Shown: positions 19,551 through 29,085 of the stretch, in pieces
Numbering within the stretch: position 1 is the stretch's first letter
How the letters are laid out: the number at the start of each line of letters is the position of its first letter
Source: Verrucomicrobiota bacterium
GTDB taxonomy: Bacteria > Verrucomicrobiota > Verrucomicrobiia > Limisphaerales > SXTU01
Length of the DNA: 64,000 nucleotides
Direction: 5' to 3'
Assembly: GCA_016871445.1 (NCBI GenBank)
Contig: VHDH01000004.1
Location: 4,435-68,434 of the forward strand
Position numbers and translations under genes: made by a program
Notes under the pieces: model-generated
Told to the model about the DNA's origin: nothing
Database searches by the model: none
What the model saw: only the letters and a program-made list of their open reading frames with translations

Positions 19551-20885
19551 CTAGCCACCGAGCGTGGTCGGGTCGGTCACGTCACCCTTGTTATAGTCGA
19601 CGTAGGCCTCTGTCAGGTCGGCCGCATACATGAGTGCACTGGCTTTACCAAGGTTCAAACGAATGTGGAGGTCGAATTCCTTGGGAGCGGCAGCATTGCA
19701 AAGCTGCTTGAACGTGGCTTTCGTCGGCTGGCCGCGCCTGAGGCTCCAGAGAATTTTCTGGCTGCCGGGCGCGCTGTAGCCGATGTCCACCTTGTCTTCC
19801 ATAACGGTCGCAGCGCTATAGCCAAGCGCGTCAATGATGCGGCCCCAGTTCGGGTCGCCGCCGTGCCAACTCGTCTTCACCAGCGCGCTGTTCGCCACGG
19901 AGCGTGCGGCGGCATCGGCATGCTGAACCGTCTTCGCGCCTTCGACGCGCACGGTCACAACGCGGTGCACACCCTCGCCATCCCGCACGATCATCTTGGC
20001 CAGTTCGAGGCAGACGTGCTGAAGCGCTGCTTGGAAAGTCTTCAATTCCGCACTCCGCATTCCGCACTCCGCATTTCCGGCGAGCCCATTCGCCAGCACG
20101 AGCACCGTGTCGTTGGTGCTCATGTCGCCGTCCACGGTGATGCGGTTGAAACTGTGGGCCACGGCCTCGCGCAGGCAGGCTTGCAACGCCTTCGCCTCAA
20201 TCGCTGCATCGGTGGTGATGAAGCAAAGCATCGTCGCGTGCAAACCTTGCGGCAGCGCGGCGGGTCGCGCCCCGGTCGCGCTCATGCCGGGCTGAATCAT
20301 CCCCGCGCCCTTGCACATGCCGCCAATGCGAACGGTTCGGCCACCCAGCTTGAACTCGATGGCGATCTGCTTGGGCCGCGTGTCGCTAGTCATGATGGCC
20401 TCGGCGGCGTGGTCGGCACTGGCGTGCTCGCGGTTGAGCAAGCGCTCAGCGGCGACGATACCTGCGCGGACGTTACCCATCGGCATCGTGACGCCAATGC
20501 GCCCGGTACTGGCGACAAAGACACTCCCCTCGCTCATGTGGAGTTGCTTCGCCGTCAGCGCGGTCATGGCGAGCGCGTCCTTTTTGCCCTGTTTGCCGGT
20601 GCAGGCGTTGGCGTTGCCCGAGTTGACGACGATTGCTTGAGCCACGCCCGATTTTAAACGGGCGGCGCATACCTTGACCGGAGCGGCGCAAATTTGATTC
20701 GTCGTGAACATTCCCGCGACGGTTGCGGGTGCTTCGGAGACAAGCAGCGCAAGGTCGCGTTTTTGGCCCTTGTTCGAACCCTTGCCAGTACCGAGGCGCT
20801 TGATATCGCAGAAGACGCCGCTAGCAAGAAATCCTTTAGGCGCGACAACCCCACCGGGAATTACTTTAAACATCAGTTTGCTCAT
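19551..20885 (-). CDS. argJ: bifunctional ornithine acetyltransferase / N-acetylglutamate synthase
   Basis: Autoprocessing-site context ATMLCFITTDA, GMIQPGM, and C-terminal YVDYNKGDV. Start trimmed from a TTG to ATG 20885. Confidence 0.9.
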   Translation of the reverse strand: MSKLMFKVIPGGVVAPKGFLASGVFCDIKRLGTGKGSNKGQKRDLALLVSEAPATVAGMFTTNQICAAPVKVCAARLKSGVAQAIVVNSGNANACTGKQGKKDALAMTALTAKQLHMSEGSVFVASTGRIGVTMPMGNVRAGIVAAERLLNREHASADHAAEAIMTSDTRPKQIAIEFKLGGRTVRIGGMCKGAGMIQPGMSATGARPAALPQGLHATMLCFITTDAAIEAKALQACLREAVAHSFNRITVDGDMSTNDTVLVLANGLAGNAECGMRSAELKTFQAALQHVCLELAKMIVRDGEGVHRVVTVRVEGAKTVQHADAAARSVANSALVKTSWHGGDPNWGRIIDALGYSAATVMEDKVDIGYSAPGSQKILWSLRRGQPTKATFKQLCNAAAPKEFDLHIRLNLGKASALMYAADLTEAYVDYNKGDVTDPTTLGG

Positions 20886-21030
20886 GTCAGCGCCGAACGG
20901 AAACAACTCGCCGAGCGGGTGTCAATCACGAGGTCGCATCCGAATAGTTCGACAATTCATAGTCGATAACCAGGACGCGAATAACGCCCAGAAGGCGACA
21001 TTGGAATATCGAGCTGCGACTGGCCGCACT

Positions 21031-22164
21031 TCACACCAATCGTTTTAGTTTCGCGTCTTCGGCCAGTCTTTTCACTAACTCCTTGATTTTCTGCGATTGG
21101 CTCTTGTGTGCAACAAGCGTGGCATCGTCGGTCTGAACGATGATGCTGTCGCGCAGACCAACGACGCATATGGGCGTACGATGGTCCTTGCTGCGGGCGT
21201 CGTAGATAATGTTGCGCGCGGCATCCACATGGAGGAAATCGGCGATGGCGCAGTTGCCCTCGGGATCAGGCTTCACATGATGCGCGAGCGCGTTCCACGA
21301 GCCGAGGTCATCCCACGCGAAGGAGCCGTCCGCTACGACAACGTTCTGCGCTTTTTCCATCAGCGCGTAGTCAATTGAAACTTTCTTGATATCTGAGTAT
21401 TCCTTGGCGAGTAACTTGGCTAGTTTTCCGGGCGACTTCGCGGCCTGGAACCACCGCTGGCAGGCGGCGAACATCTCAGGCTGGTGCGCCTGCAGTCCGT
21501 TCGTCACCGTAACGAAGCTCCAGATGAACATTCCGGCGTTCCAGCGATACTGGCCGGAGTTCACGTATTCCAGCGCGGTCTCGTAGTTCGGTTTCTCCAC
21601 GAAGCGCTCCGCCTTGAACATCGCAGTTTTGTATTTCTTAGCGCCTGCCGGGGTAGGCAACTCGTTGCCCGTGTGAATGTAACCATAGCCCGTGGCGGGT
21701 TCGGTGGGCTTGATGCCGATAGTCACGATGGCCTGCCCGCGCGCCGCGAGATCGAAGCAATCGCCCAGCACAGTTTGAAATTTTTTCTCCTCGGGAATGA
21801 CATGGTCCGCCGGCAAGACGGCCATGACGCCCGTGGTCGAACGCGCGCCAACGATGGCCGCACCGAGTGTGACGGCGGCGCACGTATCGCGTCCGACTGG
21901 TTCAGCCACGACGTTTTCCTTGGGCAGCTTGGGCAATTGCTTCCGCACCTCGGGCGCCTGCACCTCGTTGGTGATGACGAAGATATTCTCGTGCGGCACG
22001 AGCGGCGAGACGCGCGCGACAGCCTGCTGGAGGAAGGAAGAGTCGCCGAGGAGCTTGATGAGCTGCTTAGGCGTTTTCTCGCGGCTGACGGGCCAGAAGC
22101 GCTCACCGCGCCCACCGGCCATGATAATGACAAAACGATCGTTGGTGCTTGAGGTTTTCTTCAT
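21031..22164 (-). CDS. mannose-1-phosphate guanylyltransferase-like nucleotidyltransferase
   Basis: IIMAGGRGERFWP nucleotide-binding loop and GYGYI. An alternative upstream ATG lies at 22230. Confidence 0.82.
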   Translation of the reverse strand: MKKTSSTNDRFVIIMAGGRGERFWPVSREKTPKQLIKLLGDSSFLQQAVARVSPLVPHENIFVITNEVQAPEVRKQLPKLPKENVVAEPVGRDTCAAVTLGAAIVGARSTTGVMAVLPADHVIPEEKKFQTVLGDCFDLAARGQAIVTIGIKPTEPATGYGYIHTGNELPTPAGAKKYKTAMFKAERFVEKPNYETALEYVNSGQYRWNAGMFIWSFVTVTNGLQAHQPEMFAACQRWFQAAKSPGKLAKLLAKEYSDIKKVSIDYALMEKAQNVVVADGSFAWDDLGSWNALAHHVKPDPEGNCAIADFLHVDAARNIIYDARSKDHRTPICVVGLRDSIIVQTDDATLVAHKSQSQKIKELVKRLAEDAKLKRLV

Positions 22165-22299
22165 CGGTAGAGGGATTTTAGCGAACCTAGCAAAGCCGTC
22201 AAATTCCTTGCGGGAGTCCCGGTAATCCATTATTTGCCTGCTATTCCGCTCCTAAATCGCAGCCGTTTGAAACGAGTTTAAAACTCACTCATAGAACTC

Positions 22300-23517
22300 A
22301 TGTCATTCACACTTTTCTCCCGTCTTTGGCTAATGGTGTTCCTCCACTACTTCGTTTGGGGCACTTGGTACGTAACAATGGGCACGTATCTAAACGCCAC
22401 GCTAAAGTTTGAAGGCTCTCAGATTGGCTTGGCCTATGGCAGTACGGCCATCGGGGCGATGGTTTCTCCCTTCTTCGCCGGGATCGTGGCGGACCGGTTC
22501 TTCGCGACCCAGCGGCTGCTTGGCGCATTGCACCTCATTGGCGCGGCGTTGCTTTGGTATGTCTCCACGCTGAAGAGTTTCGGGCAGTTCTACCCGGTGC
22601 TGATCGCCTACACGATCAGCTACATGGCGGGTCACGGCCTGACGAACGCGCTCACGCTGGCGCACTCTAAGAACCCGGCAAAGGAATTTCCGCTGGTCAT
22701 GCTGATGGGCAGCGTGGGCTGGATCTGCGCGGGCCTCGCGGTCAGCGCGCTGAAGTTCGAGGACAACGCCGGGATGTTCCGGCTCGCGGCGGGCGCGGCG
22801 CTCGTCATGGGCCTCTACTCCTTCACCCTGCCGCATACGCCACCCAAGGGCGCGGGCGCGCCCGTCAACGCCCGCACCATGCTCGGCCTCGACGCCCTGC
22901 GCCTCATGCGCGACCGCTCGTTCGCCACCTTCATCATCTGCTCCTTCCTCATCTGCGTGCCTTTGAGCTTCTACTTCAGTTGGATGAACGCCTTCATGAA
23001 CGAGCTGAAGATTCCCAACGCGGCGGCCAAGATGACCATCGGCCAGGTCTCCGACGTCGTTTTCCTCCTGCTGCTGCCGTTGCTGCTTAAGCGGCTTGGC
23101 GTGAAGGGTATTCTCATTCTTGGCATGGTCGCGTGGACTGTGCGCTTCGGCTTGCTCACGCAATTCCCCAAAGCGACCGACGCCGCTTGGATGCTCTTCG
23201 TGGCCATCGCGGTTCACGGCATGTGCTACGACTACATCTTTGTCATGGGGCGCATGTATGTGGACAACCGCGCCAGCGAGGACATCCGCGCGGCCACGCA
23301 GGGCTTTCATGCCTTCGTGACTCTGGGCGCGGGCATGTTTGTCGGTTCGTGGCTCTCGGGCGTCGTGGGGCAGCACTACACCACCAACGGAGGTGCGACC
23401 CACGCGTGGTCGGAAATTTGGCTGGTGCCGGCAGTAATGTCAGCGGCGCTCATCGTTGTGTTCGCGATCCTCTTTAGGGAGACTCCAGCCACCCTGCCCG
23501 CAAACGCCAAGAGATAA
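22300..23517 (+). CDS. nucleoside:H+ symporter family MFS transporter (NupG/XapB-like)
   Basis: 12 TMs. The N-terminus LWLMVFLHYFVWGTWYVTMGTYL is characteristic of the NHS family. Confidence 0.8.
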   Translation: MSFTLFSRLWLMVFLHYFVWGTWYVTMGTYLNATLKFEGSQIGLAYGSTAIGAMVSPFFAGIVADRFFATQRLLGALHLIGAALLWYVSTLKSFGQFYPVLIAYTISYMAGHGLTNALTLAHSKNPAKEFPLVMLMGSVGWICAGLAVSALKFEDNAGMFRLAAGAALVMGLYSFTLPHTPPKGAGAPVNARTMLGLDALRLMRDRSFATFIICSFLICVPLSFYFSWMNAFMNELKIPNAAAKMTIGQVSDVVFLLLLPLLLKRLGVKGILILGMVAWTVRFGLLTQFPKATDAAWMLFVAIAVHGMCYDYIFVMGRMYVDNRASEDIRAATQGFHAFVTLGAGMFVGSWLSGVVGQHYTTNGGATHAWSEIWLVPAVMSAALIVVFAILFRETPATLPANAKR

Positions 23518-23576
23518 TTTAGGTGGTGCTAAGACGCGACTTGCGACGATGGAATGGCTTCTCCTAGCCTCATTCA

Positions 23577-23927
23577 ATGTCACAAGACGACGCCCCAAAA
23601 CTTTTTGTCGAACTCATCCACATTACCGAGGCGTCGGACGCGCCGTCCCCTGGCCCAGGCAACGTCGCAGTAGTCCATTACACCGGCTGGCTTACTAACG
23701 GCACGAAGTTCGATAGCTCCGTGGACCGCGGCCAACCGTTTTCCTTCACCGTGGGGATGAACGAAGTGATCGCTGGCTGGGACATTGCCGTGGCGCGGAT
23801 GCGGGTGGGCGACAAGGTGAAACTGACCATCCCGCCCGAGCTCGGCTACGGCGAGGGTGGCTACCCGGGGGCCATCCCGCCAAACGCGACGCTCATCTTC
23901 GAAGTCGAGCTGCTGGAAGTGCAGTGA
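23577..23927 (+). CDS. FKBP-type peptidyl-prolyl cis-trans isomerase
   Basis: [36 protein letters not shown] and [14 protein letters not shown]. Confidence 0.93.
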   Translation: MSQDDAPKLFVELIHITEASDAPSPGPGNVAVVHYTGWLTNGTKFDSSVDRGQPFSFTVGMNEVIAGWDIAVARMRVGDKVKLTIPPELGYGEGGYPGAIPPNATLIFEVELLEVQ

Positions 23928-23928
23928 G

Positions 23929-24852
23929 CTACTTCGCGTAGTCGCGCCAGATCCACCGCAGCGTATCGGGGAGAATCGCGCCGCCGTGCTTGCCGCTGTG
24001 GCCGCCATCGCCCATGACGAGTTGGGAGTCAATCTTTGCGAACTTAAGCGCAGCCTCCATCTCGCGGTTGGCCAACGGCCAATTACCGTGCAGGTTGTCG
24101 AGGTCATTGCTGCCTTCCTGAAGAAAAACGCGGAGCGCACGGCGCTGGGCGTGCTGCTTCTTCTCCACTTCAGTAGCTGTCGCAGGAAGATCCTTTGAGA
24201 GCGGCCGGATGAGCGCGGGATAAACATGTCCGCCACGGATGTTGGTAAAACTGCCGATGTGGCTGATGACTTTCCCAAAGGAGCCAGGGCGTTCCCAAGC
24301 AGCTGTGAAGGCGCAAATGCCGCCGGAGCTGATGCCGATAGTGCAGCGGCCGGCAGGGTCTTGAGTGACCTTCCACTTCTTCTCGACCTCGGGCAGGAGT
24401 TCTTCCAGCAAGAAGCGTGCGTAAGCGTCGCCTAGCGAGTCATACTCGAAACTGCGATTGCTGCGCGCTTTCTGGCCCGGCTCAGCCGGCGGCACGGAAC
24501 CGGGATTAATAAACACGCCAATGGTTACGGGCATCTCCTTGCGGTGAATGAGGTTATCCATCACGACGGTCGCGCGGAAGGAGCCGTTGGTGCTCTGGTA
24601 GCTGCCGCCATCTTGGAAGACCATCAGCGCGGCGGGCCTAGCAGGGTCGTGTTGTTTTGGCACATAAACCCAAAAGTCGCGCTCCGTGCCGGGATAAAGC
24701 TTGCTGGTCTTGAAGGTGAACTTTTCGACAGTGCCTTGCGGTACCCCGACCTGCGGCTGAGAATCGGGGCCGTGCTTATAGTCATCGGCGGCGATGGCGT
24801 GGAACAGGGAGCACGACAACAAAAGTACGAAAACAAACAGAGGGCGTTGCAT
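23929..24852 (-). CDS. secreted esterase (putative-esterase / enterochelin-esterase-like alpha/beta hydrolase)
   Basis: Signal MQRPLFVFVLLLSCSLFHAIA, nucleophile region GISSGG, and DGGHSGKHG near the C-terminus. Confidence 0.8.
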   Translation of the reverse strand: MQRPLFVFVLLLSCSLFHAIAADDYKHGPDSQPQVGVPQGTVEKFTFKTSKLYPGTERDFWVYVPKQHDPARPAALMVFQDGGSYQSTNGSFRATVVMDNLIHRKEMPVTIGVFINPGSVPPAEPGQKARSNRSFEYDSLGDAYARFLLEELLPEVEKKWKVTQDPAGRCTIGISSGGICAFTAAWERPGSFGKVISHIGSFTNIRGGHVYPALIRPLSKDLPATATEVEKKQHAQRRALRVFLQEGSNDLDNLHGNWPLANREMEAALKFAKIDSQLVMGDGGHSGKHGGAILPDTLRWIWRDYAK

Positions 24853-25030
24853 GGCAGAGGATTATGTCGGTACACCGCATGAAGGCAATCGCGGATGTGT
24901 TCCAAGTCAATTTCCTGCCCGTAAACCTAGTGCCGGGATTCCCTTTCCACTGCGAAGTGAAAATAAGGTTTGGGAAAAAGCGCACGGCTTACGCAATTTG
25001 ACAGCTGAAGCTAGGTGTGCGAAACACTGG

Positions 25031-25175
25031 CTCAGCAGCCGAATCGTGGCTTCGTCCCGAAACCGCGAGCGGGGAACCCAACATCCGGGCGACCGGACCG
25101 GGGCGAACGGCGTAAACGCCGGGGCTACTTTCCTAGCCTAGCCCGACAGCTAACCTCGCAGGCATGGGAAAGGGC
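25031..25175 (+). promoter_or_regulatory. c-di-AMP riboswitch (ydaO-yuaA / kimA-leader class) in the kup 5' leader
   Basis: On the plus strand, in order: CCGAAUCG, GAGCGGGGAACCCA, CCGGGGCGAAC, and GCCCGACAGCUAACCUCGCAGGC. These match, in order and spacing, the conserved blocks of the Bacillus ydaO element as I recall it (GAAUCGC, GAGCGGGGGACCCA, GGGGUGAAUCC, CCCGUCAGCUAACCUCGUAAGCG). The downstream gene is a K+ transporter, the classic regulon. Confidence 0.78.
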
Positions 25176-25425
25176 GATCCTCTGGGGCGCATATGCGTTA
25201 CCCGTGTTCACCCAAGCAACTTGTTCTTTTAGGACAGCACTGGGCGTTTTTGCCCCGTCATGCTGGAATCAAATACGGCCATGAAAATTAGAGTTGGTAT
25301 GTATTACGGGCGAAGTGCGGTTGATTTTGAATATCGTGACTACGACTGCGCTCCCCGCAGCCAAACCGTAGCGACGGAATTGGATCGTCCTGCATCTCCG
25401 CATCCACCACACTCTCCCGACTGAC

Positions 25426-27318
25426 ATGGATAGTAGCGACACAACTCGCCCCGCGCTTGGCGCGCTCACTCTCGCCGCGCTTGGGGTTGTGTTTGGGGAT
25501 ATCGGCACTAGTCCGCTCTATGCGATGCGCGAGTGCTTCAACCCAACCAGCGCCCACCCACTCCCGGTCACGCCAGCAAATGTCATGGGCGTGCTTTCGC
25601 TCATTTTCTGGTCGCTCATCATCATCGTCAGCGTGAAATACCTCGGCTTCGTAATGCGGGCCGACAATCGCGGCGAGGGCGGGATCCTCTCGTTGCTGGC
25701 GCTGGCATTTCCTGACCGCGACCAGCCAACGCAAAAACGTGGGTGGCTCTTAGCTGGAGGAGTTTTTGGTGCAGCCCTTCTGTATGGGGATGGGATGATC
25801 ACGCCCGCTATGACCGTAACGAGTGCGGTGGAGGGACTGGCGGTCGCCGCCCCGTGGATGGGCAAGCTCGTGCCGCTTATCGCCGTGGGTATCTTGGTGG
25901 GCCTATTCAGCCTGCAACGACTCGGCACTGGACGCGTGGGTGGGATGTTCGGACCGGTGATGGTGTTGTGGTTCCTGACTATCGCGGGGTTGGGCTTGTC
26001 CGCCGTGTGGCGCAAGCCCGAGGTGCTTATGGCCTTCAACCCTTGGCATGGCGCGCTATTGCTGCTTAACAATGGTCAACTCGGCTTCGCTATCATCGGC
26101 GCGGTTTTCCTCGTGGTAACGGGCGGCGAAGCGCTCTACGCGGATATGGGGCACTTCGGGGTGCGGCCCATTCGGCGCGCATGGTTCGGCATCGTGCTGC
26201 CCGCGCTCTTCCTTAATTACCTCGGTCAAGGCGCGCTGCTGCTGGCCGACCCCAGCCCGGAAAACGCCTCCAACCCGTTCTTTCGCCTCGCACCGGCTTG
26301 GGCGCTTTACCCGTTGGTGGCGCTATCCACGGCCGCGGCATGTATCGCCTCGCAGGCGCTCATCTCGGGAGCCTTTTCGCTTACGATGCAGGCCATCCAA
26401 CTTGGCTATCTGCCCCGTATGCTCATCCGCCACACCAGCCAGCACGAGCGTGGGCAAATCTACATGCCGCATGTGAACTGGGTGCTTATGATCGCCTGCA
26501 TTGGACTGGTGCTAGGTTTTGGCAACTCCTCCCACCTCAGTGCTGCTTATGGCGTAGCCGTAGCTGGCACCGAAATCATCACCACCTCACTTTTCTACTT
26601 CGCCGCACGACGGCTGTGGGGTTGGTCACCCTGGCAAGCGGGCGGGCTCTGCGGCTTGTTGCTCATGATCGAATTGTCATTTTTTACTTCGAACTTGCTT
26701 AAAGTTCCCCACGGGGGCTGGTTCCCACTTGTAGCCGGGGCGGGCATCTTCGCCATCATGGCGACGTGGAAGACTGGCCGCCGCCTCGTTTGGGAACGCA
26801 TTAAGGACGCTACCCTCCCGCGGGACTTGTTCTTCGCGGACATCGAAGCCAACCCGCCAGAGCGCGTGCCGGGCACAGCAATTTTCATGGCGGGCAACCC
26901 AAACGGCACCCCGGTCGCGCTACTGCATAATCTCAAGCACAATAAAATCCTCCATCAACGCAACATCTTGCTGACCATCATCACAGCTGAAGAGGCACAC
27001 GTGCCAAAGACCGAGCGCGTGCGTGTCGAGCAACTTCCTGCCGGGTTCCAACGCGTGGTGGGACGTTACGGCTTCATGGAAGAACCGAATATCATGAAAT
27101 TACTGGCTGAGACGCCGCTGGCCGGTGGGCCGGTTGACGTGGCTAAAACGACTTTCTTCCTCAGCCGCGAGACCATTCTTCACACTGGCAAGACGCAAAT
27201 GATGCGCTGGCGCAAATGGCTATTTGCTGTGCTCGCGCGCAACGCCTCTACTGCTACCAGCTACTTCGGCCTGCCCGCTAATCGCGTCGTCGAATTAGGC
27301 ATGCAGGTAGAAATCTGA
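25426..27318 (+). CDS. kup: KUP/HAK/KT family potassium transporter
   Basis: GVVFGDIGTSPLY, GGEALYADMGHFG, 12 TMs and a cytoplasmic C-domain; 630 aa. Confidence 0.93.
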   Translation: MDSSDTTRPALGALTLAALGVVFGDIGTSPLYAMRECFNPTSAHPLPVTPANVMGVLSLIFWSLIIIVSVKYLGFVMRADNRGEGGILSLLALAFPDRDQPTQKRGWLLAGGVFGAALLYGDGMITPAMTVTSAVEGLAVAAPWMGKLVPLIAVGILVGLFSLQRLGTGRVGGMFGPVMVLWFLTIAGLGLSAVWRKPEVLMAFNPWHGALLLLNNGQLGFAIIGAVFLVVTGGEALYADMGHFGVRPIRRAWFGIVLPALFLNYLGQGALLLADPSPENASNPFFRLAPAWALYPLVALSTAAACIASQALISGAFSLTMQAIQLGYLPRMLIRHTSQHERGQIYMPHVNWVLMIACIGLVLGFGNSSHLSAAYGVAVAGTEIITTSLFYFAARRLWGWSPWQAGGLCGLLLMIELSFFTSNLLKVPHGGWFPLVAGAGIFAIMATWKTGRRLVWERIKDATLPRDLFFADIEANPPERVPGTAIFMAGNPNGTPVALLHNLKHNKILHQRNILLTIITAEEAHVPKTERVRVEQLPAGFQRVVGRYGFMEEPNIMKLLAETPLAGGPVDVAKTTFFLSRETILHTGKTQMMRWRKWLFAVLARNASTATSYFGLPANRVVELGMQVEI

Positions 27319-27473
27319 GGCAAGCAAGACGGTTTGAGCCCAGCAGAGTTTTCCACTGCGAAGTTGGAACAGACAGCTCTTAGACGCTTTAAACGATACA
27401 ACGCACAGCGCAAACGATATCCTGTCTGGCGCGATCTTGAATCGCGTCCGTCTGCCCGCTACAACCGGCGCGC

Positions 27474-28883
27474 ATGAACTCGAATCGCGGCCTTCTGCTG
27501 CCTGCCCCGCGCGTCACGCCGGCACTGGATGCCGCTTTCCGGCCTGCCGTGCTAGCTACACGCGCCTTCCGCGAGGCCGTGCACGCGACCGGTTCGGCCA
27601 GGCCCGTGACGCTCGCGCTCGAACAAGCCGACGGCTCGATCTTCCACTTCCGCACCGAACTCGCGCCCGTCGGCCACGCGCTCGCAGCGGCGAACTTCAG
27701 CCACATCGAGCGACTCGCGAAGTTTCTGCTCTGGCAACGCGGCGGCTGGCGATTTTACTTCACTGGCCCGGAGGCAATCGCGGCACAGTTGCAAGCGCAC
27801 TTCCGCGACACAGCTACTGGCAAGTTCGACTCAAACCTAATCGGCGAGCGCGTCTATGACCGGCCCATCGTAGTCCGGGCATGCGATTCAGCCAGCCTCC
27901 CAACTGAGCGCGCCAAAGTTCAAGCGCTCGGCCGCAACCTCGACGGATGCCGCATCGGCTTCGACCTCGGCGGCAGCGACCGCAAAGTCGCTGCCGTGCA
28001 AGACGGCAAAGTAGTCTTCAGCGAGGAAACCGTGTGGGACCCCTATTTTCATCCCGACCCGCAATACCACTTCGACGGCATTATGGACTCGCTGCGGAAG
28101 GCGGCGGCGCACCTACCCCGCGTGGATGCCATTGGCGGCAGCGCGGCCGGCGTGTATGTGAACAACCGGGTGAAAGTCGCCTCGCTCTTCCGAGGTGTCG
28201 CGCTGGACCTTTTCAATACGCGGGTAAAAGACCTTTTTTTTGAGGTGCAACGCGCGTGGAACGGCGTGCCTCTCGAAGTCGCCAACGACGGCGAAGTCAC
28301 CGCGCTCGCGGGCTCCATGTCGCTCGGGGTCAACGGCGTGCTCGGCATCGCGATGGGCACTAGCCAGGCCGTCGGCTACGTCACGCCCAGCGGGAATATC
28401 ACCACATGGTTGAGCGAGCTGGCCTTCGCGCCGGTGGATTATCACCCCGCCGCCGCGTGCGACGAGTGGAGCGGCGACTATGGTGTGGGCGCACAATACT
28501 TCTCGCAACAGGCTGTCGGACGGCTACTGCCCGTTTCGGGCATCGAGGTGGATCCGAAGCTGGCGCTGCCGGAAAAACTCAAGCTGGTGCAAGGCCTGAT
28601 GAAGTCCGGTGATTATCGCGCGCGGAAGATTTACGAGACCCTCGGCACCTACCTCGGCTACGCGGTGGCGCATTATGCGGACTACTACGATTTTTGCCAC
28701 TTACTCATCTTGGGCCGCGTGACGAGCGGTGAGGGTGGCAATGTCATCATGGCTGGCGCGAAACACGTGCTGGAGGTGGAGTTTCCCGAGTTGGCCCAGC
28801 GCATTCATTTCCACTCGCCCGACGAGCAGGACAAACGCCACGGACAGGCCGTTGCGGCGGCAAGCCTACCGACGCTGCACTGA
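27474..28883 (+). CDS. ROK-family sugar kinase/regulator-like protein with a roughly 150-aa N-terminal extension
   Basis: IGFDLGGSDRKVAAV (ATPase phosphate-1 loop), ANDGEVTALAG, GIAMGTS. Confidence 0.7.
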   Translation: MNSNRGLLLPAPRVTPALDAAFRPAVLATRAFREAVHATGSARPVTLALEQADGSIFHFRTELAPVGHALAAANFSHIERLAKFLLWQRGGWRFYFTGPEAIAAQLQAHFRDTATGKFDSNLIGERVYDRPIVVRACDSASLPTERAKVQALGRNLDGCRIGFDLGGSDRKVAAVQDGKVVFSEETVWDPYFHPDPQYHFDGIMDSLRKAAAHLPRVDAIGGSAAGVYVNNRVKVASLFRGVALDLFNTRVKDLFFEVQRAWNGVPLEVANDGEVTALAGSMSLGVNGVLGIAMGTSQAVGYVTPSGNITTWLSELAFAPVDYHPAAACDEWSGDYGVGAQYFSQQAVGRLLPVSGIEVDPKLALPEKLKLVQGLMKSGDYRARKIYETLGTYLGYAVAHYADYYDFCHLLILGRVTSGEGGNVIMAGAKHVLEVEFPELAQRIHFHSPDEQDKRHGQAVAAASLPTLH

Positions 28884-28935
28884 ATTTTCCCGAAGCGAAG
28901 TGCCTCAGCGCGTCACGGTTAGCTGGCAAATTTAC

Positions 28936-29085
28936 TCACCTCGCGGACGAGGAGAGCAAACAGCGACTAAGGGTGCGCTTCGCAAATTTCACCCCGAGGT
29001 CGGTGGTCTTATTTTGAGGCATAGCGAAGCTTGTGCCGGTGAGGACGCCGGTGACTTGGGTTTTGGTGTTGGGGATTTTCGCCAT
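28936..29085 (-). CDS. possible 49-aa small ORF downstream of the porin gene
   Basis: ATG 29085; MAKIPNTKTQVTGVLTGTSFAMPQNKTTDLGVKFAKRTLSRCLLSSSAR. GC3-rich in the first half. It falls below the ORF-track length cut-off and has no motif. Confidence 0.2.
   Translation of the reverse strand: MAKIPNTKTQVTGVLTGTSFAMPQNKTTDLGVKFAKRTLSRCLLSSSAR

Noticed and set aside
23925-23931. Convergent FKBP and esterase genes whose stop codons are 1 bp apart, leaving no room for terminators
   Set aside because: This is real but unremarkable in compact genomes. No structure or element is visible that needs explaining.
24998-25026. TTGACA hexamer about 30 nt upstream of the riboswitch as its promoter -35
   Set aside because: No acceptable -10 lies at 16-19 nt spacing (GAAACA only), and promoter consensus in this phylum is uncertain.
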